Shown here piece by piece: positions 1-10,328 of a stretch of DNA of 64,000 nt (within the stretch, counting starts at the first letter, position 1; every line of letters begins with the position of its first letter). Under the pieces are notes generated by a model. It did not search any database, was not told the DNA's origin, and was given only the letters and a program-made list of their open reading frames with translations. The DNA is from Candidatus Omnitrophota bacterium (GTDB lineage Bacteria > Omnitrophota > Gorgyraeia > Zapsychrales > Zapsychraceae). Both the position numbers and the translations under genes were made by a program. Location of the stretch: NCBI GenBank assembly GCA_028280285.1, contig JANQMA010000017.1, positions 993 to 64,992 of the forward strand. Direction: 5' to 3'.

Positions 1-2983
1 TGCTATTGATAATTTTTTTGGGAGAGGCATGTGGTTTGCAGTCGGGTGATTGTGGAAGAGTGCCGGAACAGCTGAGATTAATGGTTTCGCGTAAAAGCAT
101 TGAGGGATCAATTTTTATATTTTTTGATTTTGAAACGATGACATCATTGATTTTCGGGGCAGCCTGAAAATTATAATTTTTTTCAAAGTCCATCCAGCCG
201 TTGACACCGATATTGATGATATCACTAAACAGTTCGCCATCACTTGTAATAAGTCGTCCGTTGGCCAGAAAGAAGTTTGCCTGCGCGTCGGTAAAATGGG
301 CTTCTTTATAGTAAGGGATAACTTGACCTAAATAACCGTTTGTAACGGCAAGGTAGCCTTTGCCTTCGATGTCGCCGCGTCTTTTATATGGACCGAATCC
401 GTCAAAATAAAAGGTGAGCTGTCCGCTTAAATGCGGATGTTTTACAAGATTTTTGGCCTTGCGGTATTCCGCTAAATCAAGATTAGTTATTTTTCCATTG
501 AGTTTAAACGGCAGATCCGGGTGGGCTGCTTCAAAATTTGATAATAATACAATGGAACCTTTATAAAGCGAAGCAGTTAATTCCACTTGCGATTTATTGC
601 CTTTTTCCTGAGCGTATCCTAGATCAACAAAAATAAACGGCAAATCGTAAATTGAGAGTTCATCTGATTGAATGGCCGCCGTGATATTCCAGTTTTTCCA
701 ATCTTTAAGGGCTCCTGCCATAGAGGCCTTGATGCGCGCCTTGCCGCTTAACTTAAGATCTTTCATATGTTCTGCTATAGGTGTGATTTTGGCCAGATCG
801 GTTGTGTCCAATTGGATTTGACCGTCGAGGTTTATATTCGGATCGCGTAAATCTTTGGTTGATAAGCCTTTGGCCGTAAAGTGTGATTCATAAAAATGGC
901 CGGCAAGTCTTTGGATTTTAATATTATCTTTATGAAATTCCAGATCAGTAGCGGCTTTAAATATTGGGGAATCGAGTGTGCTTGTCAGTGTTGGTGTTTC
1001 GCCGTTTTGGAATGTGGCATTGAGTTGGTAGCGCTGGAAGTTATGATCTGTTGTTAAATTTTCGATCAGTAAACCCGATTTATCAAATGTAATTTTTCCA
1101 TTTAATTTTTCAAAAGGGTTTTTAAAAGAGGGAAGTGTCAGTGTGGCATATTTCGGTTCGAGTGTGACTTTTATGGTTGCATCTTTATAAGATTTCAGCC
1201 GGCCGATAAAATTCACACTTGCCTCGCCGACGCCATTGATCGATAGATTATCTATATTGTTTAAAACCGGCGCATATGGTTTTGCCATGGCCAAGGCTTG
1301 GGTCAAATTTAATTCTTTCGTCGATATATTAGCTTTTATATTTGGATTTTTAAAATCATTAAGATCACCATAAATGTTCAATCGCGTATTTTGTGTGATT
1401 AAGGACAGGTTTTTGGTGGTTAATTTATCGTTGGTGATACTTATCTCTCCATCAATATCGCTGATGCTCTCAACAATAGCGACGCCGTTTATAGAAGAAT
1501 TATTGGGCTTAATTTCTCCTTCATAGCTCAGGCTTTTGCCATAAGTAACTTGGCCATTTATCATCGGGCTTCCAGTTAATGTTAACTCCTCCGTCAGCTT
1601 GGCGGTAATATCAGATGCTTTAAGTGCGGCGGCTACACTCAAGCCGGTTCTACCATAGGAGATGTTAAGATTGTCAGAAGAAATGTCACCTGTAAGTACG
1701 GATTGTGCTTTATTCATTAATGTGGTGTTGTGCGAAACAAACTGGCTATTGGCTGTCACACCGCTTTTCTTCATTTCCAGATTAAGTTTATTCAGTGTTA
1801 GATCGCCGGTGTATTGCATCTGATCGTAGGTCATATCGCTTCGGTCGAGTTTGTAGTCGCCGGTTATGCTATAAGTATTTTTATCTTTGAGAAAAGATAA
1901 ATTCGTTGCGTATAGATTCGTTGTGATACGGTTATTTTCCGACGGGGTAAAGATAAGATTTTTAACAATGAGATTATTAGAAGAAACTTTGACAGTTTCT
2001 TTATTTACGGTGACTTCAGATAAAGTGCCTTTGATGTCTCCTGTCAGCCGGTTCATACCTTGCTCTGCATAATTAAATTTTTTTAAATCGATTAAAGCCT
2101 TGGCGGATATACCATTTGCATTTATGCGCAAATCAATACCGCTTATATTCAATGCGCTGCTTATAAATGAATCTTTGATTAGCGCAGTCAATTCATCGGT
2201 TATGAGTGAACCTTTTAGATCCAACTCTTTGTTTTTATAAACAAATGTAATGGCGGCCTCACGAATAAGTGCGTTTTCTAAAACGGGGGCCGACGTTGAT
2301 TTTAAATATTGCATATATTGATCGATCAAAATGTTTTTGATGTTGAGATTTCCTTCTACTATATGTGTTGCCAAATCATAACTTCCCGTTAGCTTAAGAG
2401 AAGAGCCTTTTTGAGATGTGAGTGTGTCTCCATCGAATGTAATTTTTTTATTGAGTGACAAAGATATTTCCAGATTCAAATCACTCAAGGTTTCGGTTAT
2501 TTCATTATAGTGATCAGTGAAAGTTATTTTCCCGTTTTTGATGATCAGTTTTTTAAGGATAACTGAATATTGTTTTTCTCCGCTTGGGCGTTTCAGGTGT
2601 TCAACCAAGTCGGAAAAGTTGAATGTCATATCTTCATGATAGACGATGGGAATAACAGGCCCGTTAATGTGTATGGTGGGGATGATAATGGTCTTAGTCT
2701 TGATCACATCGGCAAAGATAATATTGAAAGATAGATGGGGAATAACAAATTCCGGCACGTTTTCATCATCTTTTTTATGGAGAAAGATGTTATGAACGGC
2801 AAAACCTTTAAGAAGATCAAAGTCGATTTTCTCGACTGAGACCTTACGTCCGAGTTGTGTGCCGGCGGCCTCTTCAATGTAGGCTTTTACTTTAACAGGA
2901 AGGAAAATCTTGTTTACGTAAAAGTAGGCGATGGCGCCTAACATTATGATAGCCAACAAGATAAAGAAAATCCGACGCTTCAT
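1..2983 (-). CDS. AsmA/DUF748-like membrane-anchored protein, >990 aa, 3' end outside the window
   Basis: Not in the ORF track because there is no stop in the window. Manual translation from ATG 2983 gives MKRRIFFILLAIIMLGAIAYFYVNKIFLPVKVKAYIEEAAGTQLGRKVSVEKIDFDLLKGF..., an N-terminal TM followed by the LGRKVSV AsmA-type start. The same frame is open near position 2 (only the ends were checked by hand). Confidence 0.7.
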   Translation of the reverse strand, partial: MKRRIFFILLAIIMLGAIAYFYVNKIFLPVKVKAYIEEAAGTQLGRKVSVEKIDFDLLKGFAVHNIFLHKKDDENVPEFVIPHLSFNIIFADVIKTKTIIIPTIHINGPVIPIVYHEDMTFNFSDLVEHLKRPSGEKQYSVILKKLIIKNGKITFTDHYNEITETLSDLNLEISLSLNKKITFDGDTLTSQKGSSLKLTGSYDLATHIVEGNLNIKNILIDQYMQYLKSTSAPVLENALIREAAITFVYKNKELDLKGSLITDELTALIKDSFISSALNISGIDLRINANGISAKALIDLKKFNYAEQGMNRLTGDIKGTLSEVTVNKETVKVSSNNLIVKNLIFTPSENNRITTNLYATNLSFLKDKNTYSITGDYKLDRSDMTYDQMQYTGDLTLNKLNLEMKKSGVTANSQFVSHNTTLMNKAQSVLTGDISSDNLNISYGRTGLSVAAALKASDITAKLTEELTLTGSPMINGQVTYGKSLSYEGEIKPNNSSINGVAIVESISDIDGEISITNDKLTTKNLSLITQNTRLNIYGDLNDFKNPNIKANISTKELNLTQALAMAKPYAPVLNNIDNLSINGVGEASVNFIGRLKSYKDATIKVTLEPKYATLTLPSFKNPFEKLNGKITFDKSGLLIENLTTDHNFQRYQLNATFQNGETPTLTSTLDSPIFKAATDLEFHKDNIKIQRLAGHFYESHFTAKGLSTKDLRDPNINLDGQIQLDTTDLAKITPIAEHMKDLKLSGKARIKASMAGALKDWKNWNITAAIQSDELSIYDLPFIFVDLGYAQEKGNKSQVELTASLYKGSIVLLSNFEAAHPDLPFKLNGKITNLDLAEYRKAKNLVKHPHLSGQLTFYFDGFGPYKRRGDIEGKGYLAVTNGYLGQVIPYYKEAHFTDAQANFFLANGRLITSDGELFSDIINIGVNGWMDFEKNYNFQAAPKINDVIVSKSKNIKIDPSMLLRETINLSCSGTLPQSPDCKPHASPKKIINS

Positions 2984-3049
2984 GCCCAATAGTATATATC
3001 AACACATCTTTACGATCAATGTATAGTTTTATAACCTGTCTTCCAAAAC

Positions 3050-3096
3050 AACCTACGAGGTTTAATAGGTAAAGCCCTATCGTAACCTCGTAGGTT
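3050..3096. repeat. REP-like inverted repeat
   Basis: AACCTACGAGGTT (3050-3062) and AACCTCGTAGGTT (3084-3096) form a perfect 13-bp IR, with an inner ATAGG/CCTAT pair. Confidence 0.7.
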
Positions 3097-3108
3097 TGCA
3101 AAGGGCCC

Positions 3109-3137
3109 TTGCAAATTTAAAGGTCCCATGATATTAT
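3109..3137 (+). promoter_or_regulatory. sigma70-type promoter of tRNA-Pro
   Basis: TTGCAA-N17-TATTAT with TG extended -10. Confidence 0.55.
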
Positions 3138-3155
3138 TACTGCTCAAATTTCATT

Positions 3156-3232
3156 CGGGAAGTGGCGCAGCTGGCTAGCGTACGTGCTTTGGGAGCATGG
3201 GGTCGCGGGTTCGAATCCCGCCTTCCCGACCA
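3156..3232 (+). tRNA. tRNA-Pro(TGG)
   Basis: Acceptor CGGGAAG/CTTCCCG, anticodon arm CGTGC-TTTGGGA-GCATG, GGTTCGAATCC T-arm, encoded CCA. Confidence 0.96.
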
Positions 3233-3240
3233 TTTACCCC

Positions 3241-3281
3241 CCCGGTTGCTTTGCGGATAAGCGAAGCAGCCGGGTTTTTTT
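3241..3281 (+). terminator. intrinsic terminator after tRNA-Pro
   Basis: CCCGGTTGCTTTGC...GCGAAGCAGCCGGG stem followed by a T-tract. Confidence 0.75.
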
Positions 3282-3298
3282 ATTTCCGTTATATCACT

Positions 3299-3335
3299 AA
3301 GCGGGCAGTTCATTTGGAACTGTCCGCTTTTTTTA
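3299..3335 (+). terminator. second intrinsic terminator
   Basis: AAGCGGGCAGTTC-ATTTG-GAACTGTCCGCTT followed by a T-run. Confidence 0.7.
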
Positions 3336-3718
3336 TATTGGCGCTTTAAAAAAAGATGAAAATTGTTTTGAAACGAAAAATTTTATTACTATAATAACAT
3401 CATATTTTACGTAAATAGTTGAAAATAAAGAAGATAGAAAAAAGTTAGTCAATAGTAGAAATAAGTTAGTTTTGCTAAATTTCAGTTCTTTTTAGTTGTC
3501 CTCTGCTATATAAGTATTTAAACCGTCGAGAAGCAGAATTGTCCAGAGTTTTCGGGCAAGCTATCCTCACTTTTTCCTCGACGGTTTAAGTGCGGCTTTT
3601 CGATTGATGTTTGACATTAATAGAAAAGAGCTTGCCCCCAAATCTCCGGGCAGGCAATCATCTTTGGATCAAGCCTTTAATTACGCGTGAGTCAAGAATG
3701 AGAATACAAGAGGAAAAA

Positions 3719-4462
3719 ATGGTGAAAAGAACTTTATTATTATTAATTACTTATATTTTTATTGTTTCGGCGGCTTTTGCAGCAGAAGACAATACGCAGT
3801 GGGGTTATGAAGGAGAGACCGGCCCAGAGTACTGGGCTGAGCTTGATCCGAAGTTCTCTGGCTGCAAAGGTTTTAACCAATCCCCCATTAACATCTCCAA
3901 TACAACACGCGCCTTATTATCTGATATTACATTTGATTACCATGATGTTGTTTTCAACATGCTTAATAATGGGCATACGATTCAACTGAATTATGCCGGG
4001 GGAAGCTCTATCAGTGTTGACGGGCGCATATTTGATTTACAGCAATTTCATTTTCATTCTCCCAGCGAAAATCATATTAACGGGATGAGTTATCCCATGG
4101 AAGTTCAATTAGTTCATAAAGATGCGGATGGCAACTTAGGTGTTATCGGGGTTATGTTCAAAGAAGGGGCTGAAAACCCAATGATCAAAGGTCTATGGGG
4201 GCATTTGAAAGAGGCTGTCGTGGGGCAGGATCTTGTTAAGGAAGGTATTCAAATTAATGCATATGGCATACTTCCGAGTAATAAGGAATATTATCGTTTC
4301 AACGGGTCTTTAACCACACCACCTTGCTCTGAAGGAGTGATGTGGATGGTTATGAAAGAGCCGTTAGAAATATCTTCGAGGCAGGTGAGGCAATTTGTTA
4401 ATTTAATCGGACGCAATAACCGCCCTATACAATCGGTTAATGCGCGACCGATTCTTAGATGA
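3719..4462 (+). CDS. cah: secreted alpha-class carbonic anhydrase (third Zn ligand His replaced by Gln)
   Basis: Signal peptide MVKRTLLLLIT...AFA; motifs WGY, QSPINI, NNGHT, QFHFHSPSEN, GSLTTPPCSEGV, NNRPIQ. ATG 3719 follows a GAGG SD, so the ORF-track TTG start at 3611 is probably too long. Confidence 0.92.
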   Translation: MVKRTLLLLITYIFIVSAAFAAEDNTQWGYEGETGPEYWAELDPKFSGCKGFNQSPINISNTTRALLSDITFDYHDVVFNMLNNGHTIQLNYAGGSSISVDGRIFDLQQFHFHSPSENHINGMSYPMEVQLVHKDADGNLGVIGVMFKEGAENPMIKGLWGHLKEAVVGQDLVKEGIQINAYGILPSNKEYYRFNGSLTTPPCSEGVMWMVMKEPLEISSRQVRQFVNLIGRNNRPIQSVNARPILR

Positions 4463-4508
4463 ATTTAGTTATAGATTTACATGAATGAGGAAAAACCGGG
4501 AGACAAAA

Positions 4509-7046
4509 ATGAAATTCTTTAAATTATCAGTGAGCGTCTTTGTTGCAGCGCTATTGTGTTTGGTTTGTTCAAATTTAGCCATGGCCGACAACGGTCAAGT
4601 TGCCCGGATTATCGGAAACGGAATGGGCTATAAACAGTTAAACGCACCTACAACCTTTACGGAAAATAATGAACGTGTTGCAAATAAAGTTCGTGAGGTC
4701 CATGTAAACCACGCGCCAATACAAAGTTCTCCTGAGATTATTCAACTCAGTGCACTGGATAGCGGTCGCACACAACACAATGCGAGTGTGCCATCAAATA
4801 CAGCTTCCTATTCTTCCCGACGTGCTTCTTCCCAAAAACGCGATATTCCCGGAACGCCTGTTTCTTTAATTGATTTGCATCGTTTAAAAGAACTTGATCA
4901 AAAACGCACATATCAAGTCAATGACGAGCCTTTTGTAAAAATCGGACGACCAAGTGCCGGTTTAGTGGGGTCGTTTAAAATAGCGGCCATAGTTTTAGGC
5001 CTTTTTGTTGTGCTTGGTTTTTTTCTCTATAAATCAGGTATTGTGGATAATTGGGGTATTCGCACCAAACTTTATTTTGGTTTCGGCCTGCTTATTGTCT
5101 TGGCGATTACTTTGGGTCTGATCGATCAACGTTCTTTAAATAGTACGACGGCCCAAGCACAGATTGTTAAAGAGCTGCTTTTGGCACATTCTCTTGGGAT
5201 TAAATTAGAGTCTTATCAGAATGAATTTCTTTTAGTTGGCATAGAAGGTAGAGAAAAAGTAGAGGGCATATTAAAAAAACGCCAAGAGAGTGTAGAGGAG
5301 TTGGCCCGGTTACTTCAAAAGTTTAAAAACGAAAAAATAGAACCAAAGATCATAGAAGGGGTCGACAAGATTATCGAAAGAAATGTCCGCTACGAGGCTC
5401 TGTTTAGTGGCATTGTGGAAAAGTATCGGGCTATTCGTGTCGAAAAACAAACTTTAGATGAACAGGCAACGAACATTGAACGTAATGTTGAGCAGCTGTT
5501 GCATGAGCATGAGGCTGATTTAGAAAGCTTACGGGTATCGGGAGCTTCGGATGATGAAATTGGTCTGCAAATTAGATTGATTGAAGAGTTGACGGCAATG
5601 GAGGCGTTAATCCTCAAATTAAGTCATGATCAAGTTGAATTTATGCTCGATAAACGAACAGCCCGGATTGATGAGATGGGACAGTATTTGGGAGGAATTT
5701 ATTATTATCTGGAAGAAGCAAATTATCTTATCGGACAGTCTTCAGCGAATAGTGTAAAGAAGGCCAATGATTTAAGGATGCTTAAGGCAGTGGAAGGAGA
5801 CTTGAAACAGCTTTCTACCGGTTTGACGGATGTTATTGAAAATCAACTCATTGTTGAAGCAGATAATGTTGAATCGAGTGAGATTGTTAAAAGAATGGGC
5901 GCAACACTCGAAGCCTCTGTGCAATATATTCAAGAAAAAGCCTCTCAATTGCAAGCCGCGACCGAGAAAACATCGATGATGATGATCGGTTTTGTGCTGC
6001 TGTTGGGTGCTGCGGCTTCTTATATTGTAGCCGGTGGCATTGCAGCACCTCTGCAAAAAGCTATTGATGATCTTACTAAGGGCTCGGACCAGGTGGCTTC
6101 AGTATCTAATCAAATTTCCAATGCAAGCCAACAATTATCTGAGGGAGCGACCGAACAAGCATCGAGCTTGGAGGAAACGTCGAGCTCGCTCGATGAACTA
6201 TCTTCGATGACGAAAAGCAATGCGGATAGTGCTGCGAAAGCTAATCAAATGGCTGTTGCATCTCGCAGTGAGGCTGAACAAGGTGATAAAGCTATGAAAG
6301 AAATGCAAGAAGCCATGCATGGCATCAGAGAATCATCGGATAAGATCGGAAAGATTATTAAAACGATCGAGGAAATTGCTTTTCAAACAAACTTGCTTGC
6401 GCTTAATGCCGCTGTTGAGGCCGCACGTGCCGGGGAGCACGGAAAAGGTTTTGCTGTTGTGGCTGATGAGGTTCGCAATTTGGCTCAGCGTTCCGCTGTG
6501 GCTGCGAAGGATACAGCCCAGTTGATTGAAGAGAATATTGAAAAAGCAAGAAACGGTTCAGAGATCAGTGATAAGGCAGGTAAGGCATTGACCGAAATCA
6601 TGGACAGCTCTAAAAAGGTAGCAGATGTTGTGACAGAAATAGCCACCGCCTGTAAAGAACAGGCCGAAGGGATTAGTCAGATTTCCAATGCGGTTAGTCA
6701 ATTAGATCAAGTGACGCAACGTAACGCAGCCAATGCGGAAGAAAGCGCCGCCTCATCACAAGAGCTTAATACCCAAGCAGGAACGCTTAAAGATACAGTG
6801 GGTGAATTAATTTCTTTAGTCGGTGGAGCTAATGGCAACTATCGGCAAATGTTAATTACAGATAAAAGGGCTGATGCGAATAAAGCGAGTCGTAATATTG
6901 GAAACCGTCGCGCAGCCCCAAACAAGGCGGGTGGCGTGCAGGAAACGGCCGGACATGCTCATACAACAGGAAGGCTTCCCGAGGGGCCGCAAGTAAAAAA
7001 TGCCGAAGATGTTATTCCGCTTGATGATGATTTTAAAGATTTTTAA
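4509..7046 (+). CDS. methyl-accepting chemotaxis protein with long N-terminal extension
   Basis: Hairpin-tip signature [42 protein letters not shown] segments, C-terminal pentapeptide-like DFKDF. Confidence 0.95.
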   Translation: MKFFKLSVSVFVAALLCLVCSNLAMADNGQVARIIGNGMGYKQLNAPTTFTENNERVANKVREVHVNHAPIQSSPEIIQLSALDSGRTQHNASVPSNTASYSSRRASSQKRDIPGTPVSLIDLHRLKELDQKRTYQVNDEPFVKIGRPSAGLVGSFKIAAIVLGLFVVLGFFLYKSGIVDNWGIRTKLYFGFGLLIVLAITLGLIDQRSLNSTTAQAQIVKELLLAHSLGIKLESYQNEFLLVGIEGREKVEGILKKRQESVEELARLLQKFKNEKIEPKIIEGVDKIIERNVRYEALFSGIVEKYRAIRVEKQTLDEQATNIERNVEQLLHEHEADLESLRVSGASDDEIGLQIRLIEELTAMEALILKLSHDQVEFMLDKRTARIDEMGQYLGGIYYYLEEANYLIGQSSANSVKKANDLRMLKAVEGDLKQLSTGLTDVIENQLIVEADNVESSEIVKRMGATLEASVQYIQEKASQLQAATEKTSMMMIGFVLLLGAAASYIVAGGIAAPLQKAIDDLTKGSDQVASVSNQISNASQQLSEGATEQASSLEETSSSLDELSSMTKSNADSAAKANQMAVASRSEAEQGDKAMKEMQEAMHGIRESSDKIGKIIKTIEEIAFQTNLLALNAAVEAARAGEHGKGFAVVADEVRNLAQRSAVAAKDTAQLIEENIEKARNGSEISDKAGKALTEIMDSSKKVADVVTEIATACKEQAEGISQISNAVSQLDQVTQRNAANAEESAASSQELNTQAGTLKDTVGELISLVGGANGNYRQMLITDKRADANKASRNIGNRRAAPNKAGGVQETAGHAHTTGRLPEGPQVKNAEDVIPLDDDFKDF

Positions 7047-7061
7047 TGCAACACATTAACT

Positions 7062-9800
7062 ATGAATATTAACGAACTCGAAGAAGCGATAAATAAATTG
7101 GCGGCAGATTTGATTCTGCTTGATTCTTTTTCTAAAGAATCGATGGATGCCTTTTCAGGAACCCTCAATATTTTAAAGACGGCTTATGAAGGGGCGCATA
7201 GTGATGTTTTTCAAAGTATCACCACAACAAGTCAACAGATTTTATCTGACATTGCCGATGAGACAGATAAGAAAACTTCTGTGATTTTGGCATGTATTGT
7301 CAGTTCACTGCAGAATCTTATTAAAGATATTAAGCAAGACGCCGATGTTTCCGGGCATGTCGATCGTTTCAAAAAGGATATCAATGCGCTTATGGGTGGC
7401 GATAATCCGGCTGAACCCCCTCAAACTAATATGGCTGAATCACAGACTAAAGCCATACCAGAATTTATTTCTAACACACAGACTTTACTCGAGGAGATCG
7501 AGGCCGATCTTTTGGATATTGAAAAAAGCGAAAATCCTCAAGATAAAGTTAACAATATATTCAGAGCGTTTCATACCCTTAAGGGTGAGTCGAATCTACT
7601 CAATTTTAAAAACCTCAATACTCTGGCACATAAAGCCGAGGATTTGCTCGAATGCATTAGATTCAATACATTGTGTGTCGATGACAATATTAACACGGTT
7701 TTATTGAAGACGGTTGATGCTGTTAAACAATTTGTTAAGGCGCTTTCCTCTGATCCTTCTTTAGCGGTCAACATAGATTTATCTGATGTGACCGCAGAAA
7801 TTGAAAATATTATCACATCAAAATTTGAGGACAATTCTGATGAAACAGAGGAAGTACAAATAATTGAAAATGAAGTACAAAAAGAAGACCAACCGGTTGA
7901 AGAAGTGTCGCTAGAGCCACAAGAGCCGCAAGAGAGTGAAGAGAAAACAGAGGAGATTGAAATAGAACCATTTACCGCTAAAGTTCCTGAGCTTGATTTA
8001 TCTGAAGGAACAGATATTCTCTCAGAATTTCTGACGGAAGCCACAGAGGATCATTTGAATAATATTGAAGACGGGATCATGACTTTAGAAAAAGATCCTC
8101 AAGATAAAGAAGCGGTTGATGCCGTCTTTAGGGCGTTTCATACCATAAAGGGTCTGGCAGGATTTTTAGAGCTCGAAGATATTCGTACGCTTGCGCATGA
8201 TTCCGAGACAATGCTTGATATGGTTCGCAAAGGCACGCTCGGGTTTGACGGCATTGTGGTTGATCTTACCTTTGAGTCGGTGGATTGTTTGAAAAAATTG
8301 TTTGAACTGCTTTCTGAACAATTGGCCAATGGCGGCGAGCTGCAAAGTCCATATTTTGATGTCGGTCGTCAAATTCAGCGACTAAGAGAAGTTATTGCAG
8401 GCAAAGTGCCTGTGTCAACAAAACCTATTGGTGAAATTTTGGTCGAGGAGGGGGATATCACATCCGACGAGTTAGAAAAGGCACTTGAAATTCAAAACAA
8501 AGAACATCCGGAGAAAAAGGTTGGCGAAATCTTACAGGATAATAATGCGGCAAGTGCCAAGGATGTTAAAAAGGCCGTGAATATTCAAAAAGGTGCGGTT
8601 GAAAATTCGATTAAAATTCGCGTGGATAAGCTTGATGCCTTGATTGATCTTGTGGGTGAATTGGTTATTAGTGAAACACAGGTGGTTCAAAATCCGGTTA
8701 TTAAACAAATAGATAATCAACGTATTGCGAAAGATTTGGCGGAAGTGGATCGCATTACACGCCGGCTGCAAGAAGTGGCGATGGGGATGCGGCTTATTCC
8801 GGTTAAGCAAACTTTTCAGAAAATGCAGCGTATTATCCGTGATCTTTCTAAAAAGTCCAACAAAGACATCGATGTGGTGTTAATCGGGGAGGATACAGAG
8901 ATCGATAAGAATATGGTCGAGCTTATTAGTGATCCGCTGGTGCATATGGTGCGTAATTCTTGTGATCATGGCATTGAGGTCGGTGATGTGAGAGAGGCGA
9001 AAGGAAAACCAAGAGCCGGTAATGTCCAGTTGGCGGCTTTCCATAAGGGTGGCAATGTTGTGATTGAAATCCGCGATGATGGAGCCGGTTTAAATAAAGA
9101 TAAGATTTTGCAAAAGGCGATTGATCGGGGATTGGTTAAGGAAGGCGAAAAGGTTCCTGATAATCGTATTTGTCATATGATTTTTGAGCCGGGCTTTTCG
9201 ACCGCTGATCAAGTGACGGACATTTCAGGACGCGGTGTAGGTATGGATGTGGTTAAGCGTAATATCGAGCAGTTAAGAGGCAAGATTGATATTACAACGG
9301 AACAAGATAAAGGATCTGTGTTTGCGATACAACTGCCCATTACGCTGGCGATTATTGAAGGGATTGTTATTTTGGTTGGCGGGGAGCGTTATATTTTGCC
9401 TATTCATTCTATATTGGAGTTTGTCCAGCCTTTGCCGAAAAACCTGATTAATATTGTCGATAAAGGAGATATTTATAAGGTGCATGAGGAAGTCTATCCT
9501 TTGGTCCGTATGGATCATTTTTTTGGGGTCTCGTCTAAGGTTAGTGATTTTGAAGAAAAGGTGATTTGTTTAGTCGAATCGGATTATGGGCGGGCTTGTT
9601 TGCTTGTTGATGAACTGCTCGGTCAACAGCAAGTGGTGATCAAAAGCCTAGGGGAGAGGTTTAAAGACGTTAGTGGGATTAGTGGTGGAGCGATTTTGGG
9701 CGACGGACAGGTGGGCCTTATTTTAGATGTCAACGGTGTTATATCCCGTGCGCGTGAAGGTTTTTCGCAGGAGGCTGAATACGCCGAGGCGTCTGTCTAA
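7062..9800 (+). CDS. cheA: chemotaxis histidine kinase CheA with two Hpt domains and an MshEN-like insert
   Basis: FRAFHTLKG and FRAFHTIKG Hpt motifs; HMVRNSCDHGIE, DDGAG, SGRGVGMDVV; C-terminal CheW domain. Confidence 0.96.
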   Translation: MNINELEEAINKLAADLILLDSFSKESMDAFSGTLNILKTAYEGAHSDVFQSITTTSQQILSDIADETDKKTSVILACIVSSLQNLIKDIKQDADVSGHVDRFKKDINALMGGDNPAEPPQTNMAESQTKAIPEFISNTQTLLEEIEADLLDIEKSENPQDKVNNIFRAFHTLKGESNLLNFKNLNTLAHKAEDLLECIRFNTLCVDDNINTVLLKTVDAVKQFVKALSSDPSLAVNIDLSDVTAEIENIITSKFEDNSDETEEVQIIENEVQKEDQPVEEVSLEPQEPQESEEKTEEIEIEPFTAKVPELDLSEGTDILSEFLTEATEDHLNNIEDGIMTLEKDPQDKEAVDAVFRAFHTIKGLAGFLELEDIRTLAHDSETMLDMVRKGTLGFDGIVVDLTFESVDCLKKLFELLSEQLANGGELQSPYFDVGRQIQRLREVIAGKVPVSTKPIGEILVEEGDITSDELEKALEIQNKEHPEKKVGEILQDNNAASAKDVKKAVNIQKGAVENSIKIRVDKLDALIDLVGELVISETQVVQNPVIKQIDNQRIAKDLAEVDRITRRLQEVAMGMRLIPVKQTFQKMQRIIRDLSKKSNKDIDVVLIGEDTEIDKNMVELISDPLVHMVRNSCDHGIEVGDVREAKGKPRAGNVQLAAFHKGGNVVIEIRDDGAGLNKDKILQKAIDRGLVKEGEKVPDNRICHMIFEPGFSTADQVTDISGRGVGMDVVKRNIEQLRGKIDITTEQDKGSVFAIQLPITLAIIEGIVILVGGERYILPIHSILEFVQPLPKNLINIVDKGDIYKVHEEVYPLVRMDHFFGVSSKVSDFEEKVICLVESDYGRACLLVDELLGQQQVVIKSLGERFKDVSGISGGAILGDGQVGLILDVNGVISRAREGFSQEAEYAEASV

Positions 9801-9824
9801 GAGTAAGTTAAGGAGAATTATGTA

Positions 9825-10328
9825 ATGCCTGATGAAAATAATGTGCAAACAAGTGCTGTGTCACAGACATCAAATCACGAAGGAAAATACCTGACCTTTG
9901 CTTTGGGCAAAGAGGATTATGGGATTGAAATACTTAAAGTGCGGGAGATTATCGGCATGATGAGTATTACCCATGTGCCGCAAGTACCTAATTATATAAA
10001 AGGGGTTATTAACCTTCGTGGCAAAGTTATTCCTATTATCAATTTGCGTGCGAAGTTCAATATGGATGAAATTGAGCACACAGCAGAAACATGTATCATT
10101 GTGGTTGATATCGATGGCATTCTCATCGGCCTTTTAATTGATAAAGTCAATGATGTGCTGAACATTAACGGTGAGAGCATTGAACCTCCACCTCAATTTG
10201 GTTCGACAATTGACACCGATTTTATTTTGGGGATCGGTAAGGTTTCGGAAAACATGAAGATTTTGCTTAATATTAACAAGGTTCTTAAGGAAGATGTCGC
10301 CGTTGCTGTTGATATAGCTAATAAGTGA
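9825..10328 (+). CDS. cheW: chemotaxis protein CheW
   Basis: KYLTFALG, YGIEILKVREI, GVINLRGKVIPIINLR. Confidence 0.96.
   Translation: MPDENNVQTSAVSQTSNHEGKYLTFALGKEDYGIEILKVREIIGMMSITHVPQVPNYIKGVINLRGKVIPIINLRAKFNMDEIEHTAETCIIVVDIDGILIGLLIDKVNDVLNINGESIEPPPQFGSTIDTDFILGIGKVSENMKILLNINKVLKEDVAVAVDIANK

Noticed and set aside
1887-3101. Short ORFs 1887-2072(+) and 2892-3101(-)
   Set aside because: They overlap the long minus-strand AsmA-like gene, on the opposite strand or in another frame.
3514-3700. c-di-GMP or other known riboswitch
   Set aside because: No recognisable GEMM or other aptamer consensus by eye.
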